Shown here: positions 51,501 through 62,785 of the stretch, one piece after another | How positions within the stretch are numbered: the stretch's first letter is position 1 | Layout: each line of letters starts with the position of its first letter | Source: Batkoa obscura | Taxonomy: Eukaryota | DNA length: 64,000 bases | Direction: 5' to 3' | Assembly (NCBI GenBank): GCA_030770535.1 | Contig: JASVEC010000002.1 | Location: forward strand, 2,046,001-2,110,000 | The notes under the pieces: model-generated | Told to the model about the DNA's origin: nothing | Databases searched by the model: none | Seen by the model: only the letters and a program-made list of their open reading frames with translations | Position numbers and translations under genes: made by a program

Positions 51501-53366
51501 ATGAAAGTTAGGCTGTGTGATTTCAGTTCTTGAACGATCAAGCATACCAGGAAGTATTCCTCCAGAATTTGCAAATAACATTCCATAAAGTTGAAGACTA
51601 ACATGAGGTGGCAAAAGTACATTCGGTGTTTGTGATAACTCAAACTTAGAAAGATTATCAGGGTGCGGAACTACTTCTGGAGGCAAATACAATGCAAGGA
51701 TTTGCGCTATTATCTCAAATAATGTAAATCCACCAAAAATTAGTTGAAGTGCCCTTTCATATTCTTTTCTCGCTTCATTTATTTTACCCATTGCATACAT
51801 CATATTTCCTTTTGAGTATAACAAGTTTTGAAATCTAGGCACAAATGCTTGGCCTAATATTTGGCATGGATCTTTACAAAAATCTTCAAAACTATTATTA
51901 CCCAAAACATGTGATTCTACATAACAACACAATTTATAAGCTTCACTATACCTTGGGGAATTCTGATTTGGAACTTGATTATTATGGTCTTGAGGTTGCT
52001 GCATACTTGGAGGCCTAGAAAAGGTTAATAATCCAATAAGATTTTCGACTGCATCCCAATAAGTTGGTCTTATCTTTATAGCTTTCCACCACCAATGTTC
52101 TGCTTCTTTATCTTGTCCCATATTTCTAAAAGTTGTTCCTATATTACCCATGGCTTCAACATAGTTAGGATCTATTTTAAGTATTTCAAAATGAAACTCA
52201 AGAGAAGTTTGGTGATTTCCGTGAGCATAGTATACACATGCTAAAAGAAGCAATATAGGAAGATGGTTAGGATGGAGTTGGTTTAATGTTATAAGTAAAG
52301 GGAGAAGGTTAGGTGAATGTGAATTTGATGTATATAAACTATGTGCATATTGTAATAAATGATCTCTCCAAGGCTCAAGTTTTGCATTTTTTATTGTTAC
52401 GTTGGTTCCATATACATATTGCTCTTGTAAGTTTATTGGGGCTTGGGGAACATAATGATGTTGGAATTGATATGTCTGTGTTGAATAAACTATTGGAACA
52501 CCATTCGAGTCTATTTGTGGGTAAGATATATTTCCATAATGCCCAATAGTGGCTGAGTTCGGATTGTTTATTACTGATTGACCATTTTGATATCTAATTC
52601 CTTGATAATTTTGAAAGCTTCCATGATATTGGCTATTTATAGTTGTCCCATGTGTTTTATATTGAGGTATTTGTCCATTATTATTCCACCTTGAGCCCCA
52701 TTGTTGATTATACATCGTGTAATTATCATTAGTATTATTATATTGTTTACCTCCACTGTTATAATCCGAGATCTCTTGAATTGGTGGCAATGCATATTGA
52801 TTATTCATAATAACTCCTTGATTATTTGCGGGTGTACCATAGAAAAAATGTGACAAATGAAGATCTGGTTGATATTCCCTATTATAGTAATTCATTGCGT
52901 GATCATACATATATACAGAAAGGATATTTGGTGTTGGGGGTGCAATCATTAGAGCTTCATGTGGGTGATTTGGCACTGGTAAAAATGCTGGCATCTGGTG
53001 CATTGGATATATCCCTTGAACAGGGTAATGATAGTTAACTGGATTATTTTGATTAAAATTTATATAACTTGGTTGCGGAGAATTTACCCAAGGCTCGGGA
53101 TACCTTGCAGTTGTGATGGCGAAATGACCAAATTGTTCGTTTAGTTGTATGTTGTCGTTTTCATATTCTTCTTCTTCTTCCTCTTCTTCATGCTGATTAC
53201 TCATAGTATTATAATGCCCATTTTGTTGATTATTCATGACTCCATTTCGATAATTTAAATTATATTGTTCATTTCGTAATTGATCATTAGTTAGGTTGAC
53301 CATCTGTTGATGATTTATAACTGAATTGATATTCTGTTGTAGCGTAGGTTCCTGCCTTTGAGCCAT
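48553..53366 (-). CDS. OGT: O-GlcNAc transferase (GT41) with TPRs, ~1583 aa; intron 49095-49156
   Basis: TPRs (NLGSLLKDMG, ALANLGNALKDSG); GYVSSDFANHPLAHLMQSVFG, INLNGYTKGARNEVFA, FANFNQLYKLDP, LWLLRFPAAGE, DTPECNAHTTAADILWSGTP, SRVAAS, LFDTPRWV. Confidence 0.93.
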
Positions 53367-54991
53367 CGCCTTTAATAAAATAAATAAAATGGAACTTTTT
53401 AGTATAGAAAGTAAGACTCTGTTTTAATATATACTTCAGAAACTTCAATAATTCAATCAATAACTTATCAAATAAATTATTCTTAATATTACATTAATTT
53501 ATTCTTATTTGCTAAATTTATTCCTATGCCTTTGCCCTGTGTGGTTAAAATTTACCCAAAATAGTTAAAAAGACTTTGATTGAATGTTTGGGCTGCTTCT
53601 GAGATTTAAGTATATGATTGGTTTAAAGTGATATAGGCCAAAGTTCAGATAGTAATTCGCTAGAATTAACCGTTGAAAGTGATTTAATTTGATTAAACCA
53701 GATAGCTTAAGCATACACTAATAATCAAAAAAATTATTTAGAAAAATATTTATGAGATAAAAAAATAAATGATAGCTACATTAAATCATAATTATTATGC
53801 CGCCAAATTGATTCAAAATTCATGTTATTCACCTATTGAACTCCTCTTAATGATGTTTTCTTGTATGTTAGTACAAAAACTAATTAATAATCTAGACTTA
53901 TGGTTAATTCTTTAGTCACTAATGAATCAGTTATAAAAGCTAAGTAAATTTATAAATGAAGCTTTATAAAATGCTAAATAAGTTTATTTCCATACTGATA
54001 ATACTATTTTAATATCTTAATTTATTTTAAAGTTTTATGGTTACAGATTATAAACAAGAAATCTAACTAAGCATGGTAAACGATTTATTCTAAACTCTAC
54101 AAATAAGTTAAGTAAAAACAGATTTGTAGCAATAACAAAAGTATTTTAGAGCTTTAGAAAAGATAGAATCACTTTTTTTACTATTGAAAATAATGTAAAA
54201 GTTGATTTTTTTCCTTAATTAGATTATCACTTTGAAATGTATAGTTTTTTATTCTTGAGCGTACTACAATCCCAAATATTATTGGTTCAAAGGCGAAAAG
54301 ATTGCTCTTTTGTAACCAACTCTACTTGATTTTAAAACTTGCATTTTTAAAACAAATAGCGCTAAAAATTTAAATAAAAACTAGACGCTAAGCTTTAGCT
54401 CCTTAAACTAATAAAGAGATTATTATTAATACAATATGATACTACAATATTCGACTTTAAGCCCATCCTTATAAAATAATTTATACTTAAGTTGAAATCT
54501 CTATCCAAAATGTTATAATATAAATCTTATATTTACTCTGAAAAGGAAGATTTTGTACTTAATTGGCCAATAATATTTAATTTTAAATATTTAAAATAAA
54601 AACCATATTATAAATCTTTACCAATTTAAAATCTAAAGATAAAAGATAGCTAGAAGAATAATAATGAGTAATCTTCAATTTCACAAATTATAATCATGAT
54701 ACAGGTAGTAATTTTATTGTAATGTTGTTTTATTGTCTGGTTTATATAAAGCTGTATTTGTTATAAAAAATATATTATTTTAATTTATAAACATAAAACA
54801 ATGTTAACAATAATAAAGCTTTTACATCAGTTGATGTATCTTATGTGATGAAAGCGCTAATAAATTTGCGCAAAAATTAATACTTTAGGTATTCTTAAAT
54901 ATTGTAACAATTAGGCTTTAAGTAAGGTCTTAATTTCATTTAGTCAGCAAAAAATAACATAAAGTACAAATTTATTATAACAATTTAAACA

Positions 54992-57257
54992 TTACCACCA
55001 TCCTAAAAGTTTCCACCATGCCATTCCAATAGTAAAGTATATACTGAAATAAAATAAGGCCATAAAAAATCCAACAGTAAACCATTGTTTACGCTCTACG
55101 TAACCTTGACCAAAATAAATCGCTAATGAACCTAAGTAAAGTTAGTATCATATTTTTAAACATCTGTTTATTTACCAGTTGAATAAGTAGTCTAATAGCA
55201 ATAAATCAAAATATAAATAAAATGGATAAAAACAGTATTACCATACAACAACACAAGGAGCTAAAATACGCCAGCAATGAAATCAATAAAAACGGAGGAC
55301 AGTCTAACCTTACGCCTGCTTCAAGGAAGGCAGCTACTAACGCTACAATATGCCCCGTAGCCGAAGAAAACATATACATTGAAAGAAAATAGATCAAAGC
55401 AAGTATAATACTTGATTGGACTGGAGAAAAGTTTTCTGAAATTAATGACTTTGCCACTTTATCTCCTAACCAATCTGAAATATTTAACTCACTTAGCTGT
55501 TCAGCCAAAACTATAAAGCCAGATAACCAAAATAAAGTATCCCACTAGTGCAACACATAAATATTTAACATAAGTTGTAAGAATATTATTACCGCTTTAG
55601 TATTCTTAGAGATATCCTCCCAGGATAAAATATCAACTAGGATCATAGTTACCATTGCTAAAAACCCAATTAAAGCATTATTAAGCCCAGTATGTGATTC
55701 AGTAGACCATAAAGTGAGGCATACCATTAATACAATAATTAATTTCTAAAAATTAGATTATCTGAAGTACGAATATATTGAAATTACCCATTCTTTAAAT
55801 GTTACAGGTCCTAAAGTATCAAGCTTTGATTTTATATCATTTTGAATTATTTCTCCATTATATCCTTTTGGCTTAACTATCCAAAATAAAAAGAAAGGCG
55901 TTACTAAAAGTGTAAAAAAGCCTGGTACAAAACTCCCTGTAAGCCACTGCATAAATCCAAATTCTACTTTGAATACTTGATAAGCTTTTGCACTTATCAA
56001 TGGGTTTGGTGCTAATCCTGTCAAAAATAAAGAAGACGAGATCAAGTTGGCTTGACTAGCAATTAAAATCAAGTAACGATTGATGCTATTATCATGAAAT
56101 GTCAAATTATTGGAACTCTCTTCAATTACTTGAATAACTGATGTTACTATAGGTGCTACAACTCCGCCACCTCTTGCACTATTAGATGGTATAAATGGTG
56201 CAAGTATAAACTCTATTTAAAAAATATATGATATTTAAATTAAATTAAACCAAATCAATTAGTAATCGAATTTTACCTGCAAAGCAAAAACTTAGTCCAA
56301 GGCCAGTGGTGCTACTTCCCATCATAGCAACTAAGTGCATGGCAATACGCTTACCTAAGCCACTAACTTCCACAGCTAAACAAAGAAATTAATACAGTAA
56401 AATATGAGGCTGAGTTATTACCTTTTCCAATATGGAAAGCACAAAAGACTAACCACACTACATCATTTGTAAAACTAAACAATTATTATTTGTTATTAAT
56501 AAAACTGAAAATTTTGTACCCTGATACTATTACATGGAAGCTACTCTGAAAAAAATTAAGTCGTTGTATCTTAATTTAAAATTCATTACTTTGTATGCGT
56601 TACATGAGTCGATGATTCCACATAAATTACACTCTAAAGAAGCTCCATCACTACCCTTACACATGAGATTTTTAGTCAAAGCCAATACTGATAAAGCTAT
56701 AGCTATTAATGCCGAAACTTCGTAAGAAGAAATTAATAAAGCTAGAATAAAACTATAAAAATTAGTTTTTATACTAAACAATGACCCAAATATAAATACC
56801 CTGCAAATACAGCTAGTACATGTATACTAGTATGGGTTAAATCTGAACCAGGAGGTATACCCCATATAATTGCTGCAATTATAACTGAAGGTATTAGTGA
56901 CAATAATGGATGGTCAAAAATATCAATATCAAGTCCACTAAATAAATTATGCCACGCATCTAAATTTTTTGGTTAATTGATGATGGCAACACAAGACTAC
57001 TCTTTTATCAACAGTAATTGCTAATACCTCCTATTTTATCCTTCTTTAGTGAAGATTGATAACTTGCAATTGAAGTTCGCCTTGCGGTAATGCTAGTATT
57101 TGGCTCATTATTTATATATAATAATGGAGTAACCTCGCCTATCAAGATATTTAAAAATATTCCCAATGTTGTAACTTTAACTATTACTCATGCTATGCCT
57201 TTTCTGTATTATTTGTTCAGCATCGTCAAATCTCATTTTTGACTGTCCTTGATTCAT
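54992..57257 (-). CDS. DASS/SLC13-family dicarboxylate/citrate transporter, CitT/DiT-like, multi-exon
   Basis: LGKRIA, FIPSNSARGGGVVAPIV, SSSLFLTGLAPNPL, WDTLFWL, MYMFSSATGHIVAL, YFGQGYV, WWKLLGWW*. Confidence 0.85.
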
Positions 57258-57301
57258 TTAAAATATTAGTAAAAAGAGAAACGCTATATAGTATTACATT
57301 G

Positions 57302-57309
57302 GTCACGTG
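57302..57309. promoter_or_regulatory. E-box GTCACGTG ~45 bp upstream of the transporter ATG
   Basis: Canonical bHLH site in CpG-poor DNA. Confidence 0.35.
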
Positions 57310-58102
57310 CATTTGTATTATATTGGCTCCTATTTCCACCCTTAAGCTTATATTAGCATGATTGAATATTTATTTTTCATCACTACGGTTTATTTTTAGC
57401 TTATTATCACAGTCACAAAATGAGTCATTAAATTAAGTGACTACTCTATTTAGTAAAATAAATGAATAAAATGGTCTTAAATTCATTTCATTAATAGTTG
57501 TTTTTGATTTAAAGATTTTATGGCAGATATTTTAAAAATGAGAAATCATAGCTTCCAACTATAATTACAAGTAATAATGATTCAATTTTTACCCTTCATT
57601 GCTTTTAAATACTAGATTTTACTTCAGTTTTGACATTTCTATAATTTATATAAATACGCTTAATAGCTCAATATAAAATAGTATTGAATTCAATTAAATG
57701 ATATTTTATGAAAGGACATTAAATGGTAGGATTATTTCATAAAAACTTGGACATATAAGATTTTAAAAAGGGAACCAGGGTCAAATAAAATTAACAATTT
57801 CCATAGGCAACAAAAATGATTTGCTTAAATATAGGCAAACTCTTTATAGCCAATCAAATTACGTAATTGAGGCGAAAAGCAAAACCAATTTCCAAGATTT
57901 TCTAAGCCTACTTTTTAATTCCTTAATTTAACATTAAAACTTTGTCTTTCTTTTATTTTAGCAAGAAAATTTAGGGCATCCATCCAGTTTATACCGCTTA
58001 AGATATTTTTTTCAACAAATTTATATCTTTTTAAAATAAAGCTCTTTATTTGATTTATTCTTTGACTCTAAATAACTACAAATCTTTATTTTTTTGGTGA
58101 AT

Positions 58103-61100
58103 ATGAATCACGAAGTATCGGATTATGAGATTCCCAATGTTGATAAAAGCGATAAGTAATTCATTATTTTGCTATATCTACTTTTTCTTAATTAAAAATC
58201 ACATTTTAGTATGGAAATTGTCGATAATGATAACCAAGTAGATTCTGACTTGAAAAAACCTTTAAATTCACTGCCAATTACACAAAGTATGGATTATCTT
58301 TTTTTCTCAAAAAAAAGCGCCTAAATAAACATTTTAGATGGAAATTTCTCATCACCTGAATCGCAAAAATTAATAAGCGGCGATGATAAAGAAAATAATT
58401 CATACGGTAATGGAAATAATTCTAATGCAGAAAGAGAAATCCAAGAACATATTGATTCAGGAAATCTTCCTGAACAAAGCGCTTCTAAAAATAGAAGCAG
58501 GCCTAAGGTATTTAACTGTTTTTTTTTAAAAAAAAAAAAGGCTTTAACATTTCTGTAGCCTTCTCGAACTACCCCTATTTTACAGCCATTAAGGAGGCCA
58601 ACAATGTCAAGAGATGATTTAAAACAATGTAGTAGTATTATTAAAGCGATGCGTAGGCACCCTGACGCAGGCCCTTTCCTTGAACCAGTTGATTATAAAA
58701 AGCTTAAGCTACTTGATTATCCAACAATTATTAAAAGGCCAATGGATATAGATACAATTGATAAAAAACTCATCGTTTGTGATTATAATAGTGTTGATGA
58801 GTTTTTTTCTGATATAAAGCAAATCTTCGATAATTGTTATTTATATAATGGAAAAGATGCACCTGTATCTGTTATGGCCAGCAAGCTTGAAGCTTATTTT
58901 AACAAATATAAACGTGATTTTTCCCATGCTGTAAGTTTTGAATTTCACTTCACAATATTCTAACTTATAAATTAGACCGAAATATTGGAACAAACTACAA
59001 ATCCAGTCACTCATCAAATATCAAGAACTAAGCCTAAACCCAAACCCAAACAAGTAATTTTTATTTTTTTAAAAAGAAAAAACATTTAAAAGGTAAATAG
59101 CCCTTAAGGAAAGGTTCTCACACAAATGGTAATGGTTTGCATAAAGAAAATACGCGAATTTCAAAATCAAGAATGCCAGCAGAACATTACGAATTTTGTC
59201 AGAATTTGATAAAAGAAATGTTTCATAAAAAACACAATGCCTATTCATTCCCTTTCCTTCAACCAGTAGATTGGGAAGAAATGAATATACCAGATTACCC
59301 AATCATTGTAAAACATCCTATGGATTTTTCTACTGCAAAGACCAAGCTTGATACTGGAAAATATAACACGGTAGATGAGTTTGGCGCAGATATTCGTTTA
59401 ATATTCACAAATTGTTATAAATATAATCCTCCATCAGGCCAAGTATATTTGATGGGGAAAAGATTAGAACAAGTCTTTGAGAAAAAATGGGAAGCTAGAC
59501 GTGGTTTGTCTGCCTCTATAAATGATGGACTTAGTACTGATGAAACAACATCAGAAGATGACATTGTACCAATCAAAACTGATAGTAATTTATTTTCAAT
59601 CTATTTTTGTTGTATTGAAAATTTCTAGGATCACAAAGGCAAACCAAAGAAAGTACAAGACCAAGTAAGCCTGTTAGAAAGGACCCTAGACCTGTTAAAA
59701 GAAAGCATATAAATGAACCTGCAGCAAATAAAATCAAAAATATAGTAAAAAGTGGAAAATCTAAAGAAAGTGGTACAAAAAATAATTATGAAGAATACCC
59801 ACCTGTTACTATGGAACAAATGACTGAATTGAGTGCTGTTATAAATCAATTAGAAGGTGATCAATTAACTACAGTTGTAGATATTATTAGTCAATCAATG
59901 CCAGAAATTATTGGGGTATTTTATTTTTTTATTGGACTTCCAAATTTTAAATGTTTTAGGCAAATAAAGCTATTGAGCTTGATGTTAATTCATTGGACAA
60001 TACCACTTTAGCAAGATTATACGATGAAGTGGTTGAAAACCCAAAAAGGAAACAGGCTAAAATAGCTCATAATGTTGATAGCAGACAGAGCTCAACTCAT
60101 GTACCAGCATCTTATAAAAAAACAGGTAATTAATTACTTTATAAAGTAAAGTTGAGAAGTAACTCTATCTTAATAATTTGAAATTAGGTAAAGAAACATC
60201 CCATAAAAGAGATTTAAGTTCAACAGATGAATCATCTGGTTCAGATTCAGACTCAAGCTCTGGATCAAGCACTTCAGGTAGTAGCGATTGATTTTTTTTA
60301 CTTATTATAAGGAACTAAGTAGTTTAATACTTTACTTTAATTACTATGGGTGCTTAATATATTAAGTTTATACCCTAAGCAAATGATTTATTTTAATAAA
60401 AAAAATAATTACATTTTTAACTTATATTTCTTTTTAAAGATTCTTATGGAGTGTCTGAAAATCGTAAATCCAATAGGGTAAAACACTGTTTTTATTTGTT
60501 TAAAATTAAATACTCATTAATATAGCCTATTCTACCGTCAAAGATAACAAAGCCTGAAAAAATATTAAACAAGAATGATACAATAGCCCCTAAAGGTAGT
60601 TAGTTCACTAATTAATTAATTATGACATATTAAAATTGACTATAGCCAAAGCTTTTAATCAGGTTAAGCCTGTTGAAAAGCAAAGAAGTGATCCACCTTT
60701 ACAAGTAACCACATATAAATTAATAACGAAAAGCTACTTAATAATTAAAGGGAAAAAATAAATCTCCGTCTGATACTCAAAAGAAGCCCGCTACTAGTGT
60801 TAACCCTGAACTCAAATTATATAAAGATAATAATACATCTAATGTCACTCCCAAACTTCAGCCTTCTACGAAAGAAGCAGCTGACCAGGAACGAAAGGAA
60901 AGACTGGAAAGACAATTAGCACGTGATGAGGAGATTGCTAGGTATAATTATATCAATCTTTGATATTTAATATTCATCTTTTTTTAGAGAAGTTGCTAAA
61001 AGAAAGAAACAAATTGAAGATGAAATTAAACAAAGAGTTGAAAAAGACAAAGAAAAGAGAGTAGAACTTCAAGTAATAACAACAGTATACTTTATTATTT

Positions 61101-61483
61101 TAAACTAATCTTAAATATAGATTCCACCTTTGGATTTTTTATTCCAATCTCGAGAAATTATTAAATTTGAAGAAAGGCTTTCTCATGAATATTTTATGGC
61201 CCATAAAAAGATAGCAGCCAACAATATTCAAACACAACATAAAGACCAACCCATTATTGATAATAACCATATTATTACTCCGACCAATTCGAATCTTATG
61301 AATCAAAATGAAGCTCAAAATGTTGAGGCACACCATCCTAAACCTCCAGAAGACAATCCACCACCACCGCCTATTGAAAATAAGGGTTTCAATCACCAAA
61401 GTCAGGCCCTTAGTCCTCCTTTGGCTAACCCACCTTCTCCTCCAAAAGAAAATGATCTGGAAGAAGGCGAACTTGATGAATAA
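58103..61483 (+). CDS. BDF1: BET-family double-bromodomain protein (BD1, BD2, ET, Ser/acidic tail); short form stops at 60289-60291, long form at 61481-61483
   Basis: BD1 GPFLEPVD...IIKRPMD...NCYLYN; BD2 FPFLQPVD...IVKHPMD...NCYKYN; ET VTMEQMTELS...IELDVNSLDNTTL; SSTDESSGSDSDSSSGSS; all downstream exons splice in phase. Confidence 0.9.
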
Positions 61484-61958
61484 TTTAGTGTTAGATAACA
61501 TTATTTTATTAAATCAATATGTAGTATTTTTTATATTTGCTAATAAATTTAAAATAAGTGTTTTGTATTAAATAACTTATACTCATAACTAGTATTTTAG
61601 TTTTCTTATTTGCACTTCAAATAAGAGTTCATTTTCCATTTTAATAACTTTTCCAGTATGTATTGTATAAGAACCAAAATAGACAATATAAATAAAATCA
61701 ATTATAACTAGATTTTGATATGGCCTCTAATTGAAATCTTGTTCATTCTACTTAACATAATCAAATTCCATTTTTGTCCTTTAGGTTGCTTTTCTTACAC
61801 ATGAATTATTATCTCGCTATCCTTATAAAATCCAAATAAAATCGATAAAGCCTATTACTGTAAATTGTAAAATTCTATTCAATTCGGTTAGTGTAAAATC
61901 ACAATAAAGTGATTTTATTTTTAAATTATTTTGACTACCATTATAAATGAAAAACAGT

Positions 61959-62785
61959 TTAACGGTAACGACGAAGGGAAGTAGTGTTACGACGTAACCA
62001 AGAGGCCTTGCGAGAACCACCAATGGTCTTGTTGAAAGCATGACCCTTTCCAATACCACGGGCTTTCTTACCAGTGGAGGTAAGTCCACGCATTTCACGA
62101 TGTTTGTGAGTGGCTTTGGTGATCCATTGGATACGAGGATCACGACGGATGGCAGCGTGAGCTGGATCAACTAAAATGACTTCAAAGTATTTGTAGGTAC
62201 CGTCTTGGTTAACCCAGTATGAGTTAAGGACACGGAGAGCACCGCAGTGACGACCAACACGTTCTTCAGCAATTGAACGGTGGGAACGTTTTGATTTAAG
62301 TTCGTTGATACCTTGGTTGACTGGTTTACCGAAAACGGCACCTTTCTTTACTTGTCTCTTACGACCACCACGACGGACGCGGACACGGTAGATAACATAA
62401 CCTTGTTTGGCCTAAAATCATTAGTTTTTGTATGCTTTGCTGTAGTTATATATTTACCTTGTAACCGAGACGACGAGCCTTATCTGGGCGAGATGGACGG
62501 GAAGCACGGTGAATTACATTGAGCTGTCTGATGTTGGCAAGGAATTAACATAAAAAAATTAAGTTAGAAACTTGAAGTGTAATGCTTAGTCATTGGAATG
62601 AAGAGATAAATCTCAACATAACCTAAGGGATAAGGACTAACCTGTATTCCCAGCATCTTACACGGAGCAAGAAGCGCATGATATCAGATTGCTTCTTTTT
62701 GCTTAATTCTTCGAGGTATTTATAGGCTATAACCTCATTTAAAACCAGAATTATATTATATTTAACATTTGATCTTACCACCCAT
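61959..62785 (-). CDS. RPL15: 60S ribosomal protein eL15; 3 coding introns plus a probable 5'-UTR intron 62801-62926
   Basis: [33 protein letters not shown]...[21 protein letters not shown]...LSLRRYR*; strongly biased codons. Confidence 0.97.

Noticed and set aside
59629..59712. Alternative frame KVQDQVSLLERTLDLLKESI* resembling the BET motif-B coiled coil
   Set aside because: Ends in a stop before the ET domain and needs a poor donor; the phase-1 splice gives an open basic linker. Probably chance, although an old frameshift is not excluded
60446..61483. BET downstream exons as a separate gene
   Set aside because: The only nearby ATG (60446) is out of frame and stops in the next exon
62528..62641. 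Longer RPL15 intron as a snoRNA host
   Set aside because: No convincing C/D pair or H/ACA layout by eye; needs a covariance-model search
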